Positions 39,926 to 49,135 of a stretch of DNA of 64,000 nucleotides are shown here, one piece after another. A program made the position numbers and the translations under genes. The stretch spans positions 32,001 to 96,000 of the forward strand of contig JBEKGO010000002.1 of NCBI GenBank assembly GCA_050012755.1, given 5' to 3'. Within the stretch, counting starts at the first letter, position 1. Each line of letters opens with the position of its first letter. The notes beneath the pieces are model-generated. The model did no database searches. It had not been told where the DNA came from and saw nothing but the letters and a program-made list of their open reading frames with translations. The stretch comes from Candidatus Bathyarchaeia archaeon (GTDB lineage Archaea > Thermoproteota > Bathyarchaeia > Bathyarchaeales > Bathycorpusculaceae).

Positions 39926-41233
39926 TTGAGTGAGAATGATAAGAACGAAAAAAATAATGAACCCCTTGAAACTAAGAATAAAAAAGTTAAGGTGGTGACT
40001 GTTCGACTGACCCCAGAAGAACTTGCTGCTATCGACAAGACTTGCCCCGTTGGTGAAAGAAACCAACTAATCAAGCACATGCTAAAAGAAGGAATTGAGA
40101 AATCAGGTGGCCAGATTCAAGCTCCCGTAGTTACCTACGAGAAACTTGAGGCTGAAACTGACCAATGCAGAAGGAAAATGGACCGTATTATCCGAGCAAT
40201 GAAGAATTTCCAAAGAGTATATGACAACTTTGTAACACAGCCTTTGACACCTGAGAATATTCCAGCTCTTATTGAGGAACTACGAGAATTCAATGATGAA
40301 TCAACAGCACAAAACACTCTTGGAAATGGGTTTAGTCAAGGTGACGTCTACGATTTCATTGTGTACCTGAAAACAAAGCAGAAGCATGACGAACTTTGCA
40401 AACAGATGCGAGTCAAGGAAAAAGCAGAACTTGGAAAGAGTGAGACTCCAACCGAAAACAAGGATGCAAAGGTTAGCACTGAGCCCGAAACTCTTAATCT
40501 TTTGAGACTGAAGCATGTACCGAAAAATAGGCTATGCGGTTGTGGAAGACATGAGCTCAAAGAAGACCATAACAGACGTTGCATGTATATAATGGACACT
40601 CAACATGCATGTGGGCTTCGCATGACTAACCAAAACTTAAACACACCTGAGAAACTATTGAAAATGATTAACAGTACTGTGTGGGAGTTCGTAACAAGTG
40701 CTGAAGAAAAGAATTGGATCATTGACTACCTCAAGAAGCAAGGAACTACCTCTCAGAAGGTAACAGTTAACACATACTTCTATTTTCGGCTGTTTCCTAT
40801 TCCTTTTCCAGAATGCGATACCTACCTTTTCGGGAAACTTGTCACTGAAGACCTAACATGTGAAAAGACAAGAGCTGTTCTTCTAGATCCTGAAGACAGA
40901 GATTTGTGCATTACACAACAAAGCCTTAACAGAATAAACCCTGACGAAGACCCAGAACGCATGATACGCATGATAACTGGTAGCAAATGGGGCTGGATGT
41001 ACATAGGCAAAGCGCAAAAAGAAATATTGGTAGCCTACCTGAAAGAGCACAAACTTCCATTTCCAAGATACAAAGGCAAGCATGTGAAGTTAGAGTTTGC
41101 AATCTTTAACGATAATGGTAGCTATCATATCCCTGAAGCAGCACAGCGTTTTCTGGATGAACAAGACAAAACCCAAACAGAAGACAGCGAACCGAATTTC
41201 TTTGATAGCACAGAAGAAAACACAGAAGACTAA
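39926..41233 (+). CDS. Hypothetical protein with N-terminal RHH/CopG domain and an internally duplicated module
   Basis: KVVTVRLTPEELAAID...RNQLIKHML; similar segments PEKLLKMINSTVW...IIDYLK and PERMIRMITGSKW...LVAYLK. Confidence 0.7.
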   Translation: MSENDKNEKNNEPLETKNKKVKVVTVRLTPEELAAIDKTCPVGERNQLIKHMLKEGIEKSGGQIQAPVVTYEKLEAETDQCRRKMDRIIRAMKNFQRVYDNFVTQPLTPENIPALIEELREFNDESTAQNTLGNGFSQGDVYDFIVYLKTKQKHDELCKQMRVKEKAELGKSETPTENKDAKVSTEPETLNLLRLKHVPKNRLCGCGRHELKEDHNRRCMYIMDTQHACGLRMTNQNLNTPEKLLKMINSTVWEFVTSAEEKNWIIDYLKKQGTTSQKVTVNTYFYFRLFPIPFPECDTYLFGKLVTEDLTCEKTRAVLLDPEDRDLCITQQSLNRINPDEDPERMIRMITGSKWGWMYIGKAQKEILVAYLKEHKLPFPRYKGKHVKLEFAIFNDNGSYHIPEAAQRFLDEQDKTQTEDSEPNFFDSTEENTED

Positions 41234-41264
41234 GCTAATAACAGTGTTATATTAATTGTCTGCC

Positions 41265-41555
41265 AAAAAGCATGGGGAAAAGCATGGAAAACCCCGTGCT
41301 TTCATGTTATCTTTACACGTTTTTTCTCCTGAAAGTGATATCAGAAAGCCCATGCTGCTTATAAGTGCTATCACCCTGTTTTTTCATGCTATCACCCCAT
41401 TGAAATACATCAAAACTCTACTAACAGTCTATTTTCTGATTTTTTCCCATGCTCGTGCTGTCACGACCAGCCCTTTCGACCTGAAACATATGGAAAATAT
41501 AGCCTATTAACTCTAAATTAATAGGCAACGTCTCGATGATAGCGATAGCACTCAA
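41265..41555. repeat. Cluster of short direct and inverted repeats (AAAGCATGG, TGCTATCACCC, GATAGC)
   Basis: AAAAGCATGG x2, TGCTATCACCC x2, inverted AAAGCATGGGG/CCCCGTGCTTT, GATAGCGATAGCAC. Confidence 0.55.
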
Positions 41556-41890
41556 ATTTTTAAAACTTTGAAAAAAATCTCTAAGAACAAATCTGAATGG
41601 ACTCAGCAACATTACTGAAAGCCCAAAGCTAAATCATTATTCTTCTCAGAAGGGAAAGGTATTGTTTGGCTTTACTCTTTGAGCAGCCAAGAACCTGCAT
41701 GCTGTCTTCAGCTTGTAGCTCTCCAGCGATATTGGCCTTAGAGACTTCAAATTCCCTCAAAGGAAAAAGAACAAATTATTATAATTAACTCAGCAATATT
41801 TGCGTAAGTCTAATATAGATTGTCTGTTCACAACAGCTAATACTTAAGAAGGAGTATGACAACATATGCTGATAGAAGCGAGCGTTATAG

Positions 41891-42808
41891 GTGAACGCAT
41901 TGGCTCTTGATACTTCTTGTAGTTTGTCCGAATACCCACAGAACAGTTTGCGTTTTGGATTAATTGACTTAAAACCCATAGAATTTACTGAGAAAATAAA
42001 GTTAGGGAATGTGAAGTTTAGAGCAACAAGACTAAAGCTAGAGCCGACCAAACCGATCAGTTCTTTTCAGGATTTGGTAACTTTAGAAAATGATTTCATC
42101 GTCAACTCAATTAAAATTCCTAGCAGGTTTAATGCTCAAGAACTTTCGAGTTTCTTTTCTAAGATAAGTATAGATTATTTTGAGAAAGATACTGAGCTAA
42201 AGCAAGAAATTGAAAACATGAAAAGAAGAGATAGGAGAAGACCTTTTTTCACATTCGTTCAATTTATGAAAGAGAGGTTTGAATCCGACAGAGACGATAA
42301 TTTAGAAGCAGAAGCAAGGAGATTCTTAACGTCAAATTTTCCGCTTTCATTCTATAACAAGTTCACTGTATTTGACAATACATATTATGATTTTCTCAAA
42401 GTAATACAGGAGATAGTCAGGGCTCATGAATTTCTTGCTGTTTATTCGAGAAACTCTCAAATGTACGCAAAGAGAATTTCAGCAATGCAACATGATTTGG
42501 GGCCATTAATCGATAAATTTGATGGATGCTATTTGGCTTGTGCCACGCTTAAGAAATATGTAACAATTTGGAACTCGAAATCGATTGAGGATTTGGGCTG
42601 CCCTGAGTTTCTTGATTTCAAGAAGACAGACATTACCGATTTTGATCGTCTAAACAGTAACTTTAATCTTAAGTTGAGAGAACTAAGAGTTGCTCTTCTT
42701 GATCGCGATTCAAACATTTTGCGCAAATCTGTTGATCTTAAAGATCCAACTACTAAAATGTTCAGTAAACTTCTAGTTATGCCTTCCAGTTCTTTGAGCT
42801 TGGGGTAG
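41891..42808 (+). CDS. Hypothetical protein upstream of a PIN gene
   Basis: 305-aa ORF, 5 nt from the PIN gene. Confidence 0.7.
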   Translation: MNALALDTSCSLSEYPQNSLRFGLIDLKPIEFTEKIKLGNVKFRATRLKLEPTKPISSFQDLVTLENDFIVNSIKIPSRFNAQELSSFFSKISIDYFEKDTELKQEIENMKRRDRRRPFFTFVQFMKERFESDRDDNLEAEARRFLTSNFPLSFYNKFTVFDNTYYDFLKVIQEIVRAHEFLAVYSRNSQMYAKRISAMQHDLGPLIDKFDGCYLACATLKKYVTIWNSKSIEDLGCPEFLDFKKTDITDFDRLNSNFNLKLRELRVALLDRDSNILRKSVDLKDPTTKMFSKLLVMPSSSLSLG

Positions 42809-42813
42809 CATGC

Positions 42814-43578
42814 TTGAGTACTCCGACTGTGCCGCGCTGTTTTTTCTTGGATACAAACATCGTGATTTCAGATATTTTGAACGAAAACAACCTTCGTATA
42901 GGAAAAATGAAGGAAGATGCTCGTCTTAATAATATCCCATGTTACATTTCTGACTCCATAAAAACAGAAGTATATGGAAAAGTCACTAATACATGTAATT
43001 TCTTAGGAAACGCAGTAAGAGATACCGTGAAGGATGCCTTGGAAAATGCAAGGGCAAAGAGGGGTACTCCTGCAAATGCACCTATTGATAATGCCGATAT
43101 TAAGGCTTTGGAAGACTTATTTTGTATTTGTCATAGTCCTGCTAGAACGCAGAATCTGCCTTTAATTGGACCAGTGTTAGAAATCGAGCAATGGGCTGTA
43201 AAATTTATTGGGGATAAACTGAATGAGGGTGCCAAAATAACCATTGACGATTTTCTGGTTGAGATGTCTAAGAAATTACTTGCGACCACGAGTTTAATTG
43301 AAGATGTATATGATAACTTGGTCGAATTTGAAATGGGGTATATAAAGACCAAGACAATTCCTGTTACTCGACCCCTGGCAGACTTGATTTTCGACGTGGG
43401 GGTTCATAGTCCAGACAATGTTCATATCGCAGTTGCATTCACCTATCAGGTTTCAAACAATGAAAAAGTAGTATTTGTGACTCAAGATTATGGGATATTG
43501 GGTAAGAAAGACGACCTTTGGAATCATAGTATAAGAATAGAATTAAGCGATCCCTTGTATGCCTTTTATCATTTCTAG
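42814..43578 (+). CDS. PIN domain nuclease-like protein
   Basis: FFLDTNIV, E in SIKTEV, PDNVHIAVA, FVTQD acidic residues; long central insertion. Confidence 0.8.
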   Translation: MSTPTVPRCFFLDTNIVISDILNENNLRIGKMKEDARLNNIPCYISDSIKTEVYGKVTNTCNFLGNAVRDTVKDALENARAKRGTPANAPIDNADIKALEDLFCICHSPARTQNLPLIGPVLEIEQWAVKFIGDKLNEGAKITIDDFLVEMSKKLLATTSLIEDVYDNLVEFEMGYIKTKTIPVTRPLADLIFDVGVHSPDNVHIAVAFTYQVSNNEKVVFVTQDYGILGKKDDLWNHSIRIELSDPLYAFYHF

Positions 43579-43734
43579 GCTATTAGAATTCTTAGTTATG
43601 ATAGGGCTTTCTTCTCAATAATTATCTGTTTCCTTCGGCCCACATTTCGAGAGCATCACCTGGAAAGAGTTTATTTCTTCTATCTGGATCGTCGATTAGA
43701 TTCTTGGCCCAGCTCAAACAGTCTCACTTTGATA

Positions 43735-44076
43735 CTATTTTTTCTTTTCTTTTTTGGTTGTCTTTGGTTTACGCCAGGGCTTTCCGCTTGAAAGGAAATC
43801 GTCATCAAATAAGTCTTGAAGAGTGTCGTTTGGACGCCCTCTCGGAATTTCTTTACCCAAAGTTCTCACCTGAACACGTTCAACTATTGCCTTCTTCAAA
43901 GCTGCTAGGGTTTCAGTGTCCTCTTGATAAAACAAAGTACGACTTGTTTTGTCTCCTCTTTCGCCTTTGAGAAAGACAAAGTTTTCAAGAACCTGCCCTA
44001 GCCTCCAATCAGGAAACGCTTCCCAAATAGTTTTCAAAGCCTCAAGAACTTCAGAAATACGTTTAGGGTCTCTCAT
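43735..44076 (-). CDS. Phage-associated DUF1040/YihD-like protein
   Basis: MRDPKRISEVLEALKTIWEAFPDWRLGQVL. Confidence 0.7.
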   Translation of the reverse strand: MRDPKRISEVLEALKTIWEAFPDWRLGQVLENFVFLKGERGDKTSRTLFYQEDTETLAALKKAIVERVQVRTLGKEIPRGRPNDTLQDLFDDDFLSSGKPWRKPKTTKKEKKK

Positions 44077-44088
44077 AACAATTCATCC

Positions 44089-44250
44089 CTATTTCTTCTT
44101 CTCAAGAATAACGTGGCTGTTGTCAGACCACATTGAAACTGTGTCACCTTTCTTTAACTCAAGGTGTCTGGATAGTTCTTTCGGAATTGTGATCTTCAGA
44201 CTGTTACCAACTTGAACGACTTTGATTTCAAACTTCACTGGCATACTCAT
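44089..44250 (-). CDS. AbrB/MazE/SpoVT DNA-binding protein, 53 aa
   Basis: MSMPVKFEIKVVQVGNSLKITIPKELSRHLELKKGDTVSMWSDNSHVILEKKK*. Confidence 0.85.
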   Translation of the reverse strand: MSMPVKFEIKVVQVGNSLKITIPKELSRHLELKKGDTVSMWSDNSHVILEKKK

Positions 44251-44267
44251 GACCTTTTCACCTTCTT

Positions 44268-44338
44268 GGATATTCTTAGGATATACTTAAATATAAGGAT
44301 ATCCAACAGATATAAATGCGGATATCCATAATATATCC
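44268..44338. promoter_or_regulatory. Array of GGATATCC-like palindromic operators between divergent genes
   Basis: GGATATTC 44268, GGATATAC 44279, GGATATCC 44297 and 44320, ATATATCC 44331, interleaved with TATA-like boxes. Confidence 0.65.
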
Positions 44339-44356
44339 TTTAAGGAGAAAACTAAA

Positions 44357-44623
44357 ATGTCTAAAGAACAGAACGATTTTAAAACCGATATTGAGAAGCT
44401 CCATGAATCGCTAAGCTGCCAACATTGCAGACACAACGAAAAAGGTCAAGAACCCTTTGATGAAATGAAACAGATAAAGCTAACACCACTTGCAGACAAA
44501 GCGCTCCAACAGACAGCAAAACAATTCTGTGTAGAACCTGATTGCGTACTCTGTCTTTCAGTCCAGAGTTTTCTTAAATTGCCTTGGAACAAACAGCTAG
44601 ACCTTCTCAAAGGAAAGAACTAA
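44357..44623 (+). CDS. Small hypothetical protein with CxxC motifs
   Basis: AAGGAG SD; CQHC, CVLC. Confidence 0.7.
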   Translation: MSKEQNDFKTDIEKLHESLSCQHCRHNEKGQEPFDEMKQIKLTPLADKALQQTAKQFCVEPDCVLCLSVQSFLKLPWNKQLDLLKGKN

Positions 44624-44639
44624 CCTGGAGACAAAAACA

Positions 44640-44882
44640 ATGTCAAAACAATTACTAAAAGACAAAGAAAAATTCATGTTAGAAGGCGCGCTAGGATATG
44701 CCCGAAGAATCTGTGACAAGATAGAGGATAAAACAACCGTGGAAGAAATTAACCAAATGGTTCAAAATGATGTAGGAGCAATAAGTGGCGCTCTATCAAG
44801 TCACTGCAAACAAGGCTTAATGTTTGCTGGAATGGAATGCGGTCTTTTCGAAGATCACTTACCACAATCAGATAAAAGCTAA
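44640..44882 (+). CDS. Small hypothetical protein
   Basis: GGAG SD, co-oriented with upstream ORF. Confidence 0.65.
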   Translation: MSKQLLKDKEKFMLEGALGYARRICDKIEDKTTVEEINQMVQNDVGAISGALSSHCKQGLMFAGMECGLFEDHLPQSDKS

Positions 44883-44914
44883 GTATTGCATGCAATACTT
44901 CCCATTTTCTTTTT

Positions 44915-45103
44915 TTATTCTGGATAAACCAATTTACTGCCACACATCGGGCAGTCTAAAGGCAGCTTGTTTTGAATGTTCATTAGTTCATATGAGCATA
45001 GAAAACAGAAGTAGATTTGGCATTTTGGACAATGCTTAGAAGCCCCACCAATCATTCTTCCGCAAGCGTCACAAGATCTTTCCAAATTAACCATAACTCT
45101 CAA
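44915..45103 (-). CDS. C4C4 RING-like zinc finger protein
   Basis: CDAC-x10-CPKC-x4-CFLC-x14-CPMC. Confidence 0.7.
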   Translation of the reverse strand: MRVMVNLERSCDACGRMIGGASKHCPKCQIYFCFLCSYELMNIQNKLPLDCPMCGSKLVYPE

Positions 45104-45227
45104 TCAAAATAATGGATAGATAAAGCGGAGGGTGAAACTAACTTTCTGAACAGAGGAGACCTAAGCAAAAGTGAATATTGGCTTGGTAATAAGTCTTAAA
45201 TTTGAATAGCGTTGAAATAGACTGAAC

Positions 45228-45770
45228 ATGGTTAGGTCAGAAGAAGTTAAGGCTTCCATGTTGCAATGTTTTCCTAAATGTCCAATTTGTTACCAAACCA
45301 AAGGTTACGATGTTCTTGGTGCGAACAAAGATTATGTCTCATGTAAAAAATGCTGTGCAACTTGGCAATCAGATGATTTTAGTAAAAATGAAAAGCTGAG
45401 CACGCTGAGACTTACTCAACCTTCAAAAGAAGGAGTTGGGCGTCTTCTTTTAGGCAAAACATTTTCAGTTGATTATTGGCAAAATTGGCGAGAGGAGTTG
45501 AAAGCCAAATTAGCCCCTCAGGAACACGCTAGGGCTAATTCTTTGCTTCAATGCGATAATGCAATATTGACAAATAATGAGTTTCTTTATCGTTCAAATG
45601 ATGAGATATTCGAGACTTCTTGGCATTTTCGATTTGACGGTTTAAACGTGGGCTTAAAGCTAACCCTTGCACTATGTACAAATCATGATTATAGCTCGAG
45701 GTTCCCCAAGAACAATTGCTTTCAGTGCCTACTGAATCTAAATCGAGAAAATGGTTCGTTTTTCCGTTAA
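45228..45770 (+). CDS. Hypothetical protein with N-terminal Zn ribbon
   Basis: CPIC...CKKC; C-terminus may be degenerate. Confidence 0.6.
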   Translation: MVRSEEVKASMLQCFPKCPICYQTKGYDVLGANKDYVSCKKCCATWQSDDFSKNEKLSTLRLTQPSKEGVGRLLLGKTFSVDYWQNWREELKAKLAPQEHARANSLLQCDNAILTNNEFLYRSNDEIFETSWHFRFDGLNVGLKLTLALCTNHDYSSRFPKNNCFQCLLNLNRENGSFFR

Positions 45771-45943
45771 ATTTTGACCGAGAAGCGTTGATAGAGTAGA
45801 ATTATCAGAAAGCGTTTCTGGTGAGTCATCTGCAGTAAGTGCTTTAAATTGGACGGCATTGCCAGAATAACGCCATAGAAAGTTTTTTAAAGAAAGCCAT
45901 CAGAAATAAGAGAACATAAATTCAAAAGGAGAGAAAAATTGAA

Positions 45944-46786
45944 TTGAAAAGAACAGTATTTTTGGCAGTTCTGACGCTTATGTTATGTCTTTTGGCTCCT
46001 TTAGCTGCAGTAGGGATTGTACAGGCTCAAGCATCTGGTGGCACACACGTTGACTACGAGACTTCAAATGCGCCAACGATAGATGGAAAATGGACCTCAG
46101 GTACAGAGTGGACAGATGGCAAAAGAGAAAACATAGGATCCAGCGCTATATTCTATGACATGTGGACATATGGCACAACTGTTAATGAAAACATCATCAT
46201 AGAAACATTGGATAATACCAACGACGCAGGGGACTACGTTCAAATATGCTTTGATGGCGCAAACAACTTGGGCTCAAGTCCACAGACAGATGATTTCTTA
46301 GTAAACGTCACTGGTCATTCAACATGTACTTGGTACGAAGGAACAGGCTCAACTTGGTCAGCAATTGCGACGCCTGATTCGTCAATATTTTCATTTGCTC
46401 AAACCCTCGGCACATCCCCAGTCTACGGCACAACTCAACACTATATGACAGAATTCTCATTCAACAAGCAGGGCGTTGTAAATGGGCAGTCATTTCTCGC
46501 CATACAATTCAACATGAGAATTGCAGTTTATGATGCACATTCAGGAGGCCTCGGAGCTGCAGCATTTCCAGCAAGCAGCACCGCTAATAATCCATCTGGC
46601 TGGGAGTACATAGACTACAGCTCGAACACTAATTCGCCCACAGATCCACTTCCAATACCTGAAAGCTTGAGCGTTGGCGTCATAATGGTGTTATCTGTCG
46701 TAGCGGTCGTGGCTGGCGCGATGATTTTAAGCAAACGGTCCAAAATAGCAGAACTTGCGGGTAAACAAAAATCAGTTATTGCATAA
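45944..46786 (+). CDS. Secreted surface protein with DOMON/CBM9-like domain and PE-type C-terminal membrane anchor
   Basis: Signal peptide, PTIDGKW..EWTD motif, PIPE + TM + basic tail. Confidence 0.75.
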   Translation: MKRTVFLAVLTLMLCLLAPLAAVGIVQAQASGGTHVDYETSNAPTIDGKWTSGTEWTDGKRENIGSSAIFYDMWTYGTTVNENIIIETLDNTNDAGDYVQICFDGANNLGSSPQTDDFLVNVTGHSTCTWYEGTGSTWSAIATPDSSIFSFAQTLGTSPVYGTTQHYMTEFSFNKQGVVNGQSFLAIQFNMRIAVYDAHSGGLGAAAFPASSTANNPSGWEYIDYSSNTNSPTDPLPIPESLSVGVIMVLSVVAVVAGAMILSKRSKIAELAGKQKSVIA

Positions 46787-46876
46787 GAAATTCGAGTTTC
46801 CCTCTTTTCTTTTTTGGAAATATTCTGAGGGTAATTGACAAAAAATAAAAGTACAAAGCGCACATTATTCAATTAA

Positions 46877-47587
46877 ATGTCTGTTAACGGCAAAAGATTT
46901 ATAGAGTTACTTAAAAAGCGTGAGAAACTTGAAGGCCTAAGGATTGCTAATATGCAACGAAACCTAGCAGTTTCATTGTATGCTGTGAGAAAAAATCTTG
47001 AAGATTTAACATTTCTAATAAACAAATATGAGAGTAATTTGGAACTGTGGAGCGTTGAAAACAGAGACAAATATGAGGAAGGCCTTTGGGAACTTCATAG
47101 GTTACTTCAGAATTACCTTTCAAGCATCTATTCTCTTATACAGCATACTGTGAAATTCTGCAGGGATTTAAATTGTGCTGAGCTTGACAGTGCCTATCGA
47201 AAAAAGAAAGACGAATTATTAAATTGGGACTGCGCAAAATTCGTCAGGGATTTGAGAACTTTTTCGGAACATATCGGGTTGCCTCTGTTAAAAGGAGTCA
47301 TTAACATTTCAAAAACAGAGTTTAAACAGTCAATATTGTTACAGAAGGACGAATTACTTAAGTGGCAAAATTGGAGCAATTCTTCCAAGAGGTACATAGC
47401 TTCAAAAAAAGAAATTGATTTAATGACTATCCTAAAAGAATATCAAGGGTTGATAGCGGACTTCTATCTGTGGTTTTATAAGAAAACCTGTCAAATTTAT
47501 GAAAAGCAACTTGCAGAGTTATCAATAATTGAAATTGAACTGAGTCGATGTGGTCCTCAATCTGGCACTCCAAGAAATACCGTGTAA
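46877..47587 (+). CDS. Putative HEPN-domain protein
   Basis: Helical protein with RxxxxH motif (LRTFSEH) and upstream ELHRLLQNYLSSIYSLIQH. Confidence 0.6.
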   Translation: MSVNGKRFIELLKKREKLEGLRIANMQRNLAVSLYAVRKNLEDLTFLINKYESNLELWSVENRDKYEEGLWELHRLLQNYLSSIYSLIQHTVKFCRDLNCAELDSAYRKKKDELLNWDCAKFVRDLRTFSEHIGLPLLKGVINISKTEFKQSILLQKDELLKWQNWSNSSKRYIASKKEIDLMTILKEYQGLIADFYLWFYKKTCQIYEKQLAELSIIEIELSRCGPQSGTPRNTV

Positions 47588-47690
47588 AAACTCTTTTTAG
47601 AACACTATCCATATCGGAAGACCTATTTCTAACTCAATATACCCACTCTAACAGCCACAAAAATGTGAGAGCTGGAAAAAAAGAAAAGAG

Positions 47691-47915
47691 TTATGTTGGC
47701 CTAAATGTTGGTTCTTCTTGAATCTTAACCAGAAAACTATTTTCACCTTTTATTATGAAATAGAGACTGGTGTCTTTTTCAAATTGGAAATACTGAACTA
47801 ACTCTTCTGGAAGTTCAACAAAGAGTTTGCCCTGTTTGCCTTTGATTTCTTCTATTCTTTTGAATCTCTCTTTATCCTCAGTCGAAGTCAAATTTTTTAC
47901 CAAGTTATTCACCAC
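47691..47915 (-). CDS. AbrB-like small DNA-binding protein
   Basis: GKLFVELPEELVQYFQFEKDTSLYF. Confidence 0.6.
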   Translation of the reverse strand: MVNNLVKNLTSTEDKERFKRIEEIKGKQGKLFVELPEELVQYFQFEKDTSLYFIIKGENSFLVKIQEEPTFRPT

Positions 47916-48002
47916 CTTGAAATCGCATCACATCTAACAGAAAAAAGGGAAAAAAGAAAGCAGTTAGTAACTTATTTCTAAATTGTTTCAAGTTTTTCAC
48001 CG

Positions 48003-48116
48003 TTATTTTGCCTTCCTTCTTCTATGCTTTTTGCTTCCGAAAAACAACGCATACCACACGGTAAGACCGATGCCAATCACCGAAATTAGAATCAACCAAG
48101 CTGCGAGATTAACCAA
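48003..48116 (-). CDS. 37-aa single-pass membrane peptide with basic tail
   Basis: TTG start after GGAG; MVNLAAWLILISVIGIGLTVWYALFFGSKKHRRRKAK*. Confidence 0.6.
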   Translation of the reverse strand: MVNLAAWLILISVIGIGLTVWYALFFGSKKHRRRKAK

Positions 48117-48129
48117 TTTTTGCCATCTC

Positions 48130-48879
48130 CTAAAGGGGAACTATAGTGTAACCGTTCATTTCCAAGTCACTCTTGAGACTCTCAATGTAGTCTGAAACTG
48201 CAGGATTGTTAACGGTTTGCATCAATTCTCTTTGCGCTTTTCGCAAATAGCCACCTTCTCGTAGCTCGGTTAGTTCTGGGGTTGTTTCTCCTAAGGCTTG
48301 GTCCGGAACTCGGGCTTGATCTTCCATGAACATTTGAACCGCTAGATCCTTGATTTCTTGGGCTGTTGGCATTGACGGTTTTATTGGCCTTCCATATTCG
48401 TCTGTTTTGATCTCTTCAGTCTTCGATCCCGTTTTGATTTCAGCCTCTAAGTCTTTAGCAGCTTCTTTTTCGACTTTCTCAAGTTCCTTCGCATCATTCT
48501 TGACGATTCTATAACGTTTGGTTGCTTTCTTTTGGTTAGGCTCTTTCAATTCAACGTTAACTTTGCGTCTGGAAGCAGCTTTAGCAATTACCAAAGATTG
48601 CAGTTTTCGATTCTTCTCGTTCAAATTGAGCTTTTGGTCGACTTGAGGCGCATCAAAACATTGAGGTGCTGACAGCCAAACTTCAAGATTAGGCGCTAAC
48701 GGTGCTTCTTTTGCTAAATCTGCTCGTTGGCTCTGTTCGCTTCTGCTTTCAAAAGCAATTTTCGCTAACCGCTTATCTCTAGCGCTGAAACCTGAACGCT
48801 TACCACCACCACCAAAACTCGATTTAGAACGGCGCTGATTGCCGTAATTTGAACCTTTAGACCTGTTTGGATAACTCAA
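48130..48879 (-). CDS. Hypothetical protein with R/S/G-rich basic N-terminus
   Basis: 249-aa ORF. Confidence 0.7.
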   Translation of the reverse strand: MSYPNRSKGSNYGNQRRSKSSFGGGGKRSGFSARDKRLAKIAFESRSEQSQRADLAKEAPLAPNLEVWLSAPQCFDAPQVDQKLNLNEKNRKLQSLVIAKAASRRKVNVELKEPNQKKATKRYRIVKNDAKELEKVEKEAAKDLEAEIKTGSKTEEIKTDEYGRPIKPSMPTAQEIKDLAVQMFMEDQARVPDQALGETTPELTELREGGYLRKAQRELMQTVNNPAVSDYIESLKSDLEMNGYTIVPL

Positions 48880-49135
48880 ATCAAAACAACTCCATTAGTT
48901 TTAGACAGAAAAAAGGTACTGAAAACCGATGAAAATTGAAAGTTAAAGCCCTTTTTTTCTTTTGCTCGGTCTTCAGTACCCAAACGGAGAGTACGGAGAT
49001 CACAGAACTTCTAAGCATGGCTGAGAGTACCAGATTTCTCACAAGAAACTGATTCCATCCCTCGAAGATTCTCTGCAACACATCCGATACTCTCAAAGTC
49101 TTGAGGTTTATTATCACTTTTAAGTTATTTGAAAG

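Noticed and set aside
41472-41480. CCTTTCGAC match to the tRNA-Asn 3' region as a possible att site
   Set aside because: Only 9 bp, and it would place a host-type radical SAM gene inside the element
41256-41510. 84-aa ORF over the repeat cluster
   Set aside because: No recognisable features; better explained as non-coding repeats
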